64,000 nt of DNA from Bacteroides sp. (lineage in GTDB: Bacteria > Bacteroidota > Bacteroidia > Bacteroidales > Bacteroidaceae), in assembly GCA_020861095.1 (NCBI GenBank), contig JAJBTC010000022.1, positions 68,854-132,853 of the forward strand, read 5' to 3'. Positions 16,866 to 26,567 of the stretch are shown one piece after another. The notes under the pieces are model-generated. The model did not search any database, was not told where the DNA came from, and worked only from the letters and a program-made list of their open reading frames with translations. The position numbers and the translations under genes are program-made. Position 1 is the first letter of the stretch, and each line of letters starts with the position of its first letter.

Positions 16866-19800
16866 TTAGAAATTGAGTTCTATACCAAAAGTCACAGTCG
16901 ATTGCAGCGGGAATCCTCCGCGTTGGTACCCATCTACCAGAGGAGAAGCGTAGTTTCCGCTTGTCATACGGGCTTCCGGGTTGATACCGCGGTAGTTCTT
17001 CGCGGAGAAATGGAGCAGGTTTTGTCCCGAAGCATAGAGGCGCAGGGAGTTCAGACCTATCTTCCTGAGTGGTTTCTTCCGGAACTTATATCCAAGTACC
17101 ACATCACGCAAAGCGATATAGGAACCGTCTTCGATCATATAGTCTGTATACCGCCACGCGATGCCATTGTCAAAGAAAGGAGTTTTTCCATCACCCGGAA
17201 AATCCGGGGAGAGCCATCTGTCTTTTACGTAATTGCGATTGAATTTCTTGCTTTCGTTGTAATATCCGTCTCCATTGAATACATCCAACCCGTGTACACC
17301 CTGTATCAGGATATACAGATCAAAGTTGTTCCATTTGAATGTATTTGTCATCCCCCAGCTGAGTTTCGGAAAAGGATTTCCGATCACTGTACGGTCTTTG
17401 TCATCGATCACTCCGTCTTTGTTCACATCCACGATACGCAATCCGCCCGGTACGTCTCCCGGCAGGTGAGGATGGTTGTCGATCTGTTCCTGGCTGAGCC
17501 ATACCCCATCGGTCTTGTATCCGAAGAAGGCAATCGCCGATTTGCCCACCTGTGCCATATAGCCCTCGCTACGCTCTCCGTAGGAGATCAGACGCTCCTC
17601 ACCAGAGAGTTCCAGCAATTTGTTGAAATTGGAAGAGAGGTTGAGAGAGGTGACCCACTCAAACTTCTTCGTACGTATGTTGTGCGTAGAGACTTCCAGC
17701 TCGATCCCACTGTTACGGATACGTCCGATGTTGTTCCAATAATCGCTATACCCCGTGAAAGAGAGTACCGGCTGTTTGAAGAGCAACTGCTTAGTGATGG
17801 AATAGTACCCTTCCAGCGTCACATTCACACGACTCTGGAAAGCACTGAAATCGATGCCTGCGTTGTATTCATAGGTCTGTTCCCAGGTGATCTCCCGGTT
17901 TCCTTTGGTACTGCTGTTCATACCCAATCCGGACACCAGATTGCCGTTGCCGCCTCCCAGTACGTAGTTGCTTGGATAGAGCAGGTCGTAATAGGAGTTG
18001 GCCGGGATGTTGTTGTTACCCGTGATACCGAAACTGGCACGCAGTTTCAGCATATCCAGCCAGGCCACCTCTTTCAGGAAAGGCTCTTCCGAGGCTCTCC
18101 AGCCCACAGATGCCGAGGGGAACCAGCCCCATTGATGGCCCGGAGCAAACATAGAGCTCCCGTCTGTACGGATACTTGCCGAAAAGAGATATTTCTCGGC
18201 ATAGCCGTAATTGAAACGAGCCAGTACAGACATCATCGCCGTACGGTATTTAAAGGTATTGGTACCGTCGAGGTCGATCACCGTAGCCGCGTTGAGCGTA
18301 TGGATATAATCCGTAGGGAATCCAAGTCCCACAATACCGGCAGTCTGCTCTACAGTCGTTTGTGCTGTATATCCCACCAATCCGGCATAATCGTGTTTAC
18401 CTTTCTTCCCTGTGTAATGGAGTGTATTCTCACTGAGCAGGTCTATATAAAGGCGGTTCTTGTAAGTGGCCTGTGCCGACTCTCCGTCCTTTTTGGCTTC
18501 GTAGTTGCGGTATTCATTGTTCTGGCGATACCGGAAGAAGAAGCCGTTGGAGGTAGTAAAGATCAACCCTTTGGCGAGTTCTATGTTGAGGGCGGCATTG
18601 GTTTGCAGGTTGTAGTCTTCGCGGTAGCGTTTTTCATTGTCCATCAATGAGCGGGGATTGTTGTTCGCACTCTGAAAAGGTCTGGCAGTGAAAGTAGTAC
18701 CGTCTTCCCGGGTAAACAACACATCGTTGAAGTCTCTTCCGTGGGCGTAGCTACCTACCGGTTTTCCGGTGAGCGCGGAGGTCTCTTCCGTATGTCTTAC
18801 CGGCATAAAAGAGGGAACCCGATAGAAGTCGATGAAATTGGTAGAAGGCGTCTGGGTCTTGTTGTACGAAGGCGCGATATTGAGACTGAGATCCATGCGA
18901 TTGGTCAGCCTGGCATAAATACGCGAACGCATATTCATACGGGTATATTTGCTGTCGATCATGATACCATCCTCTTGTACGAAGTTGCCGGATATATAAT
19001 AGGTAAGATCTTTTTTTCCTCCGGATACCGAAAGCTGTACCTGGTGTATCTGAGGAGCGCTGTTCAGACCTTGCTTCTGCCAATTGGTAGTGTTGTTGAT
19101 ATACCTCATGGCTTCATCGTTCTCGTTGAGCTTTACTCCACGCAACGGAGCCTCATAGGCAAGCATATCTACATAGTCCCGGGAGTTCATGATCGGGTGT
19201 AGCTGGTAGGCCCACTTCAGACCCGTGGAGGCTTTTACGTTGTAGCGCGGACGGTTGAAGTCTCCCTGTTTCGTGGTCACCAGGATCACCCCATTGGCGG
19301 CCCGCGAACCGTAGATCGCTGCCGAAGCCGCATCTTTCAATACCTCAATAGATTCGACATCTGCCATATCCAGTGTTTCCAGACCATCCGGAGTAGGATA
19401 GCCGTCGATCACCACCAGCGGACTGCTGTCGGCACTGATGGATCCCATACCGCGTACCCGGATCTGGGGAGCGGCTCCCGCTTCGGAAGTAGAGTTCTGG
19501 ATATTGACCCCGGCGATCTTTCCCTGTAAGACCTGATCCACACGGGTCACAGGGATATCGGTCAGGTTGTCGGTATCTAATTTGGAAACGGAACCGGTCA
19601 GGTGAGATTTCTTCTGTACACCGTATCCCACTACCACCACTTCGTCCAGGGTGCGGGCATCCTCCGTCAGGGTCACGGTGATCTACGTCTGGTTGCCCAC
19701 GGTCACCTCTTCGGTGATGTATCCGATGTAGGAGAATATCAATACAGAGTTGCCACCGGGCATACTGATACTGAAATTACCTTCTATATCCGTAATGGTA

Positions 19801-19970
19801 CCGTTGGTAGTACCTTTGACGGTCACGTTTACTCCCGGCATACCACCTTCGGCATCCAGGACAGTTCCTTTGACAAGAGTGGACTGTGCCTGCAAATTTC
19901 CCAGGAAAGGGATCTGTGCCAGCAACAGCAGAGCTATACAAAGATAGCTGTTCAGGGTTTTGTTCCTCAT
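16866..19970 (-). pseudogene. susC: SusC-family TonB-dependent transporter interrupted by an in-frame TAG (complement of 19683-19685)
   Basis: ORFs 19683-19970 and 16866-19676 are in the same frame. The sequence reads ..EEVTVGNQT[TAG]ITVTLTEDARTLDEVVVVGYGVQKK.., joining the N-terminal carboxypeptidase-regulatory-like domain to the plug. Confidence 0.9.
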
Positions 19971-19998
19971 ACTAACAGGATTTAAAGTTATATTCGTA

Positions 19999-21189
19999 TT
20001 AGTCTATGTCATATAGCAGCCACGAGCGGCTCGAAGGAGAAGTTTTGTCGTAGGTAGCAGCGATCTGGCTATAGCCGGCGGCAGGATCGTATTTCGCGGC
20101 CCGGCGCAATACCCAGCACCCTTCGTTCTGCTTTTCGTCCCACTCCTTGATCTGCTGATAGGGAAAGGCGCTTTGTGGCTTGCCGAGGTAAGGGATCAGG
20201 AACCCAATGGCAGCCGTCATCGAACGTCCGTCTTCACTTGTCGCGTGGTAGATGTCCATACCTAGGCTCCGGGCAATGCTTGCCATATCCAGCATATGGG
20301 TCAGGTTGAATACGGTATATCCGAGGGCTGTGGTCCGTGCCAGTTCTAAGGGCTGCTTGCCATCCGGTTCGATCTGCTTGAACAGACGGGTTTCGGGAAA
20401 TTCCGCTACGATGGAGCGGGCCAGTTCTTCCTTGCCTGTAAAGAGCGCGTAGCGCGCTACCTGCACATCATAGGCCAGACCGTGATTGTTCTTAGCTTGT
20501 TTCTCCTGGATAGCTACCGGATGGGTCGTAAGCCACTCCACAAACGCGGCGAACCAGCTTTGCATCCCGGCTTCCACCTCCGGTGTCCAGGCTCTGGAGT
20601 TTTTCAGCAACTCCACCGCATCCAGCATCTCAACAAACGCGTAGGTATCGATCACCCCTTCGCCACGTCCCAGACCGTTGTTGCGACCGGGAATGGTCTG
20701 TCCGTAGATCAGATTCGGATTCATGCGGGTATCCGGATCCAGGAACCACACGTTCAGGAAGTCCACTGCTTTGTGGGCATACTTTTCGTTATCCGAGAAG
20801 TAGTAGCCCAGTCCCAGGGTAGTCACGGCTTTTGCCATGCGTCCTAATTTGTTACGATCCAGTTTGTCGAGTTCCGGATTGCGTTCACCGTCCTTGCGGA
20901 TGTAAGGCAGTCCGTCTTCCTTGTTCGGATCAGGCCACCAGTAAGGGCCCATACTCATGTAGTCGTGTTTGTCGCCACTGGCAGGGATCATCGTTTTCTC
21001 CATCACCGACGGAGGGGTGCTTTTCAGTGCTTTGTCTGCCTGAGACAACAAAGATCTGACTGCTTTGCTGTGTGTTGCCGGTTCGGCTTTGATCTTCGCC
21101 AGCCGCTCCGGACTATAGACCCGGGTTTGCTGGGCAAAAAGCCAACCGGCATACAGGCAGCACAAACAGGTTAACCATACTTTTTTCAT
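19999..21189 (-). CDS. Alginate-lyase-fold (PF05426-like) polysaccharide lyase, secreted
   Basis: 396 aa with a signal peptide. Motif DYMSMGPYWWPDPNKEDGLPYIRKDGERNPE is typical of this family. It is a paralog of 21367-22539. Confidence 0.75.
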   Translation of the reverse strand: MKKVWLTCLCCLYAGWLFAQQTRVYSPERLAKIKAEPATHSKAVRSLLSQADKALKSTPPSVMEKTMIPASGDKHDYMSMGPYWWPDPNKEDGLPYIRKDGERNPELDKLDRNKLGRMAKAVTTLGLGYYFSDNEKYAHKAVDFLNVWFLDPDTRMNPNLIYGQTIPGRNNGLGRGEGVIDTYAFVEMLDAVELLKNSRAWTPEVEAGMQSWFAAFVEWLTTHPVAIQEKQAKNNHGLAYDVQVARYALFTGKEELARSIVAEFPETRLFKQIEPDGKQPLELARTTALGYTVFNLTHMLDMASIARSLGMDIYHATSEDGRSMTAAIGFLIPYLGKPQSAFPYQQIKEWDEKQNEGCWVLRRAAKYDPAAGYSQIAATYDKTSPSSRSWLLYDID

Positions 21190-21232
21190 GGGTAATTTTC
21201 TATTTTAATCGGTTTACTAATTATTGGATTCC

Positions 21233-21354
21233 TGTAGAGACGCATACTTGCGTCTCCGCATATGTCTCCGCAGTGTATATATCCATTCATCTATCATTAT
21301 TATATGATGTGTGGTTCCATCCGGCACGCTGAGACGCAAGTATGCGTCTCTACA
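21233..21354. repeat. Small H-spacer-H element (two gagacgc..gcgtctc palindromes flanking about 74 bp)
   Basis: tgtagagacgcatacttgcgtctc (21233-21256) and gagacgcaagtatgcgtctctaca (21331-21354). The spacer end ggttccatccggcacgct is the reverse complement of the spacer start of the 25074 element. Confidence 0.8.
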
Positions 21355-21366
21355 ATGGATCACTGC

Positions 21367-22539
21367 TCAGGGCAGCCACAACAACGGATGGCGCACCGGC
21401 AGGTTGCGGATCACCTCCGCATTCGCAGGGAAATGTTCCAGTCCTTTCCAGACTTCCCAATAGCGGGTTTCGAAACGATCGAGACACGCCAGCAAAAGAA
21501 AGGGATGTGCCACCGGCCACTCTTCCCAGAACATGACATCGGGAGGTAGCTGCCAGAGCGATTTGTCGGCCACATAAGGAAACATCCACTCTACCCCTTT
21601 GCGTATGCCGCGTCCGTCGGGAAGCGTAAACTCCCAGAGGTCTTCTTCCGGTGTAGACAGCAGCCAGGCCGTAACAGCCATCGCATCCAGATTGAACAGT
21701 GCGTATCCGTAGGGTTTGGTACGATCCAGTTCGAGCGGAAAGCTGCCGTCCGGAGCCATCTGTCCGGCAAGCAGTATCGTCTTGTATTGGTCGCGGCAGG
21801 AACGAAGCACCTCTTCGTCGCCGGTAAACAAGGCAAAAGCCGCTGCCTGCATCACCCAGCAGGTCCCATGGTTGTTTTTCGCATTTCTTTCGGCTACTCC
21901 ATAGCGGTGGGTGGAGATCCAGGTGAGATAGTCGGAAAACCACAGCCGGAAGGCACGCAGTTCCTCCGCAGGGATCAGCCCGGCCTGATCCATCAGCCGC
22001 AATGCCTGACTCACTTCCATCAGGTGTATGGTATCGATGATACCGATGCCTCTGCCGGTAGCGATCCCCTGGATGGCCTGTGCATACAGCAGGTTGGGAT
22101 TCATCCGGGTAGCATCGTCCATAAACCATGCGCGGCAATGCAGACGAGCCGCATCGGTATAACGGGTGTCGGAGGTAAGCAGCCAGCCCGATACCAGATC
22201 ACCGACCAGCTGACTGAAACGGATCGTGGCTTCCCGGTGCGCGGTGAAATTGTCCGGATTGGTCTCTCCGTCGCGGCGGATATAAGGCCCGTCGGGGTTT
22301 TGCGGATCGGGCCACCAATAATCACCTTCCGAATAGAAGTCCTGGATCCCTCCCGCGCTGCGCACCGCTGGTGTAGCTGTTACGGTTACCGGAAGTACCT
22401 CCAACGCCGCATCAGCCCGGACCATGATCTCTTCGTGCAACAACGCGGCAATCTCTCCGCGCAACTCTTCCGACGCCGAAGCTGCCGGACCATAGATACA
22501 TCCCAGACACAAGATCAGTACATAGTATATCGTTTTCAT
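21367..22539 (-). CDS. Alginate-lyase-fold (PF05426-like) polysaccharide lyase, paralog
   Basis: Motif DFYSEGDYWWPDPQNPDGPYIRRDGETNPD. The start was chosen at MKTIYYVLIL (22539), which overlaps the GH2 stop as ATGA. The ORF is open to 22599. Confidence 0.75.
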   Translation of the reverse strand: MKTIYYVLILCLGCIYGPAASASEELRGEIAALLHEEIMVRADAALEVLPVTVTATPAVRSAGGIQDFYSEGDYWWPDPQNPDGPYIRRDGETNPDNFTAHREATIRFSQLVGDLVSGWLLTSDTRYTDAARLHCRAWFMDDATRMNPNLLYAQAIQGIATGRGIGIIDTIHLMEVSQALRLMDQAGLIPAEELRAFRLWFSDYLTWISTHRYGVAERNAKNNHGTCWVMQAAAFALFTGDEEVLRSCRDQYKTILLAGQMAPDGSFPLELDRTKPYGYALFNLDAMAVTAWLLSTPEEDLWEFTLPDGRGIRKGVEWMFPYVADKSLWQLPPDVMFWEEWPVAHPFLLLACLDRFETRYWEVWKGLEHFPANAEVIRNLPVRHPLLWLP

Positions 22540-25004
22540 GGCTTTTTTACGTGTATATAAGCTGTGGGAATATGCTCCGACTTCACCGCTACCACGCACT
22601 CCCCGGTGAAAGCCACTTGTATGGAGGCACGGCCGTTGCGTGCCTGTACCTTGCTTGATCCGGTAGAGGTACCCAGATGCTGCATCAGCGCACCGTCTCC
22701 GGCTATTTCAAAGCTCACCCACGAAGCATTATCCAGACAAGGGATTCCCTGCGCGTCGGTCAGTTGTACATCTACCCAGGCACCTGCTTCCGATTCGCGG
22801 GTGGTGAGGCAGCTCTGTGCGGGCACTCCCCAGTTGCGGGTCTCATACCGCACCAGGATCTCGTCTTTCAGCCGGTCTTTGCCCTGGATAGCTACCGCCT
22901 CGATCCGGTTCCCTCCTGGCTGCAACACACAGTTCCAGCGGAGTCCGGCAGCCGGAAAGTCCTGACTGTTGCGGCGTTTCACTCCCTGACTGGTGCCGTT
23001 GACAAACAACTCTACCGCGGCACAGTTGGAGTAGACTAAGATCTCTTTTTCTTCTCCTTCCTCACCCCAGCGAACAGGCCAGCTATGTCCATAGATATGC
23101 AACATAGGGCGGGTGGTCCAGTAGGACTGGAATACATAGAAACCCTCTTTCGGCGTAAGGTCGCGCTCCACTACCCCTTTCTGGTTGACGTAAGGTACCG
23201 GATTGTCGGGGCGCAACGGAGTAGAAAAATCTTTGAAAGGCCAGTAAGCCGCACCGGTGAGCCAGGGCATCGTTTCCTGCTCTTTGAGGTGCCAGTCGAT
23301 CAGTTTCACGATGTAGCTTTCCGACCAGTCTCCGTCGCGTGAAGCACGGGCATTGCCTCCATAGAGCGAAGCATCTCCGGCCCGTTCGTCGGCACCCGAT
23401 CCGGTCTCGATGCGATCCAGGTTAAGGAAGGGATCTTCGGCATGACGTCCCGCGTGTGAATCGCCTCCCCACTCTACATGCAGAAAATGTTTCACCCGTT
23501 TGCTCTCTGCCTCAGACACGGGTTTGTAGTCGGTAAACATACCGCGGTACCATCCGGCCCAGATCGAAGGGGAATATACACCCACAATGTCTTTGCAGAA
23601 ATCGCAACGGCGAATGGCCGTCTGCCGCGAAGGGTCTAATGTGTGGGAAAGGTCGTTCAGTTCTTTCATAAAGGCACGTATCTCCGACTTTTCGAACGTA
23701 GTGAAGTCTCCCGGCCAGTCGTTCTCATTGCCCAGTCCCCAGACGATCACCGAAGGGTGGTTGCGGTGCTGCGCGATCATGTTGGTGAGCATTCTTCTGG
23801 CTTGTTCCTTGTAAGCGGGTCCACCCAGGCCTCCCCGGCACCAGGGGATCTCTTCCCATACCAGGATACCCAGTTCATCGCAAAGACTGAGGATGGTGTC
23901 AGACTGTTGGTAATGTCCCAGGCGGATAAAGTTGACACCCATCTCTTTCATCAGCCGCATCTCCGCTGTCATCTGTTCCTCTGTCATAGCAGCACCTACA
24001 CCGGCATGGTCTTCGTGGCGGTGTGTACCCCGGAGCAACAGCCGCTGACCGTTGAGCAGGAAAGGGCCTTGTTCTATAAATTCCGTACGACGAAAGCCAA
24101 CGCGTTCACTCACCGTCTGCCGGCTACCGGCCGTGAGGAGGGTAAACTCACAGGTATAGAGTTGCGGACGATCGGTACTCCATAGTTGCGGATTCTTCAC
24201 TGTAAACGTTCCCAGTTCTGCTCTGCCCAAAGGCAACACGTTCCGTATATCTCTGAGTACCACTTTTCCGGAAGGATCTTTCAGGGAGATCTCCACTACA
24301 GCTTCGGTATGATCGGCCGGGTTGTGAAAATCGGCATACAGCCGCAGAGAAGCACCGCGCAGGTCTCTGGTCACTTCCGTATCCACTTGCAGACTACGGA
24401 AAGAGAGTTCGGGCTGACGGATGAGGTTGACATAGCGATACAACCCTCCATACAGGTTGAAGTCCGACAGATCGGAAGGGATCATCTCCACATCCCGGGA
24501 GTTATCGCACCGGACGACCAATGGGATATGACCGCCAAACTGCCGGACGCATGTTTCATCGGAGAGCATGGCCTGTAGGGCTTCGGTAATGTCTAAGCTC
24601 CACTCGTCATATCCACCTACATGGCTACCCACCCGGGTAGTGTAGAGATATACTTCGGTTTTCTGTCCGGCTCCTTCAAACTCCAGTAAGATGCGTTCGC
24701 CTTCCACAGGAGGTTGTATATCCAACAGGGTGCGGTACCATCCGGGACCCTGGTAATAGTTGACATCGGGATCCACGGCATCGTCCGCGTTGAAACAATG
24801 CGGAAGGGTTACCGCGCTCCACAAAGGTACCGCTTCGGACGAAACCGGCTCTGCCGGACGAACGGCCTCCCATACGCTACCCAGATCCTGCCGGAGGAAC
24901 TCCCAGTTTTCCGTCAGCCGCAACCGTTCGGTAGCAGGGATCTTTGCCTGTACAGACAAAGCCAGACAAAGGAGGGCAAATAGAGATAGTATTTGTCTTT
25001 TCAT
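22536..25004 (-). CDS. Glycoside hydrolase family 2 (beta-galactosidase/beta-glucuronidase type)
   Basis: 822 aa with a signal peptide. The sugar-binding, Ig-like and TIM-barrel order is suggested by NFIRLGHYQQS, VIVWGLGNENDW and a WEEIPW context. Confidence 0.88.
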   Translation of the reverse strand: MKRQILSLFALLCLALSVQAKIPATERLRLTENWEFLRQDLGSVWEAVRPAEPVSSEAVPLWSAVTLPHCFNADDAVDPDVNYYQGPGWYRTLLDIQPPVEGERILLEFEGAGQKTEVYLYTTRVGSHVGGYDEWSLDITEALQAMLSDETCVRQFGGHIPLVVRCDNSRDVEMIPSDLSDFNLYGGLYRYVNLIRQPELSFRSLQVDTEVTRDLRGASLRLYADFHNPADHTEAVVEISLKDPSGKVVLRDIRNVLPLGRAELGTFTVKNPQLWSTDRPQLYTCEFTLLTAGSRQTVSERVGFRRTEFIEQGPFLLNGQRLLLRGTHRHEDHAGVGAAMTEEQMTAEMRLMKEMGVNFIRLGHYQQSDTILSLCDELGILVWEEIPWCRGGLGGPAYKEQARRMLTNMIAQHRNHPSVIVWGLGNENDWPGDFTTFEKSEIRAFMKELNDLSHTLDPSRQTAIRRCDFCKDIVGVYSPSIWAGWYRGMFTDYKPVSEAESKRVKHFLHVEWGGDSHAGRHAEDPFLNLDRIETGSGADERAGDASLYGGNARASRDGDWSESYIVKLIDWHLKEQETMPWLTGAAYWPFKDFSTPLRPDNPVPYVNQKGVVERDLTPKEGFYVFQSYWTTRPMLHIYGHSWPVRWGEEGEEKEILVYSNCAAVELFVNGTSQGVKRRNSQDFPAAGLRWNCVLQPGGNRIEAVAIQGKDRLKDEILVRYETRNWGVPAQSCLTTRESEAGAWVDVQLTDAQGIPCLDNASWVSFEIAGDGALMQHLGTSTGSSKVQARNGRASIQVAFTGECVVAVKSEHIPTAYIHVKKP

Positions 25005-25073
25005 GGTAGTATGAAATATAGGTGCATTTACAAATTAGTTATATTGATTTTGAAACGGAGGACAGGGATTTCC

Positions 25074-25214
25074 TGTAGAGACGCATATTTGCGTCTCAGC
25101 GTGCCGAATGGGATAACCTGCCAAATGGAAATATATTCCACAGGCACACATGGCTACAAAGAATCATCTCAGGAAAACATACTTACCGCGAAGACGCAAA
25201 TATGCGTCTCTACA
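25074..25214. repeat. Small H-spacer-H element, in opposite orientation to 21233-21354
   Basis: tgtagagacgcatatttgcgtctc (25074-25097) and gaagacgcaaatatgcgtctctaca (25190-25214). The spacer begins agcgtgccgaatgggataacc. Confidence 0.8.
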
Positions 25215-25249
25215 AGAAACCACTGTCCCAGGTAATCGTTCTATTTGTT

Positions 25250-26500
25250 TCAGAACAGAGGCTCGTTGCGGTCCAGCCGGTCTTTGCGCAGCAGGGCTTC
25301 CAGAAAGTAATAGTCGGCATATACAATAGGTACATCTATTTCCGAATCATGAGGCTTCGAACCTGTACTGTGCAGCAACAGGAATCCGTTGTCCTCTCCC
25401 AAGGTGGCACGGTAGTGTTGGGTTATATTTTCTAATATACGATCGGCATTCCGACGGTAGGTCTCCCCTTTGCCAGGCACATAGGTACTGAGTTCGTACA
25501 GAGCCGACGCGGTGCAGGTGGCCGCCGATACATCTCTGGGTTCGTCGGGGATCTCCGGCGCATCAAAATCCCAATAGGGGATCAGATCGGCAGGCAGCCG
25601 GGCATGGCTGAAGATGAATTTCCCGATCTGCTGAGCCTGTTCCAGAAACTCAGGCAGGCCCGTCTCCCGGTAACACATGGTATAGCCATACAACCCCCAG
25701 GTTTGTCCGCGCGCCCATGCCGATTCGTGGGCATATCCCTGATGAGTAGCTTTGGTACGTACGGCACCGGTCAGCGTATCGTAGTCTACCACATGATAGG
25801 AGCTATAGTCTTCGCGGAAATGGTTTTTCAGTGTAGTGCGTGCGTGATTCACGGCGATGTTATAGAAAACAGAGTCCTGTGTCTGGTTGAATGCCCAGAA
25901 AAGGAGTTCCAGATTCATCATGTTGTCGATGATCACCGGACAATCCCACTTGTCTGTGTTGTGATCCCAGGAGCGCAGGATACCGGCTCCTTCCTTGTAA
26001 CGGGTGATGAGTGTGCGGGCAGATTGCAACAGAATATCCTTATAGACAGGATCTCCGGTCAGGCGGTAGCCATTGCCGTAGCTGCAATACATCTTAAAAC
26101 CCATATCGTGTGTGCCGCCGTTCCACTGTTCACGCTCGATCAGCCTCGTATGCAAATCGGCCTGTTCCTTCCAGAAAGGTTCGCGCGTGTACTCATACAT
26201 ATACCACAACTCACCGGGAAAGAAACCGCTGGTCCAATCGCGGGAGACCACCAGATTCAGCGATCCGTCGGGTTCGTTGTTGCGCGGATTGGTAAGTTCG
26301 CCCCATCCCCGCTTTTCGCGGCGTTCCCGGCTTTCTCCGGATTCCAAAGCACGGGCTTCGTCTACCGCTACCAACGCGTAGCGCAATTGTTTATCTGCAA
26401 ATTCAAAATTATCAGCTACCAGATCGTCGCCTTTCTTTGTGTCGCATCCGGTCAGGAAGGCAAGGGCTGTTATACCCGCCATCAGGAAATAATGTTTCAT
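25250..26500 (-). CDS. Glycoside hydrolase family 88 (unsaturated glucuronyl hydrolase type)
   Basis: Lipoprotein-like N-terminus MKHYFLMAGITALAFLTGC. Motifs WTSGFFPGELWYMYEYT and WDHNTDKWDCPVIIDNMMNLELL. The ORF is open to 26539. Confidence 0.86.
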   Translation of the reverse strand: MKHYFLMAGITALAFLTGCDTKKGDDLVADNFEFADKQLRYALVAVDEARALESGESRERREKRGWGELTNPRNNEPDGSLNLVVSRDWTSGFFPGELWYMYEYTREPFWKEQADLHTRLIEREQWNGGTHDMGFKMYCSYGNGYRLTGDPVYKDILLQSARTLITRYKEGAGILRSWDHNTDKWDCPVIIDNMMNLELLFWAFNQTQDSVFYNIAVNHARTTLKNHFREDYSSYHVVDYDTLTGAVRTKATHQGYAHESAWARGQTWGLYGYTMCYRETGLPEFLEQAQQIGKFIFSHARLPADLIPYWDFDAPEIPDEPRDVSAATCTASALYELSTYVPGKGETYRRNADRILENITQHYRATLGEDNGFLLLHSTGSKPHDSEIDVPIVYADYYFLEALLRKDRLDRNEPLF

Positions 26501-26567
26501 GGGGTTCTCCATACAATTATCATTAAAGTAGTATGACACAAAAATAGGAGAACGTTTCCGAAAGGGC

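Noticed and set aside
16401-18650. A 749-aa ORF on the plus strand, the longest unexplained ORF in the track.
   Set aside because: It lies entirely antisense to the susC of PUL B, whose SusC motifs on the minus strand are unambiguous. Its sequence is low-complexity (rich in R, V, H and S) with no recognisable motif. This is a typical shadow ORF.
21233-21256. Every H palindrome contains an inverted pair of GAGACG/CGTCTC sites (the Esp3I/BsmBI recognition sequence), which raised the possibility of a synthetic or cloning-derived sequence.
   Set aside because: The units are diverged from one another, have variable loops, sit in natural intergenic positions, and are embedded in larger degenerate repeats. 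This fits a native repeat family, not engineered junctions.
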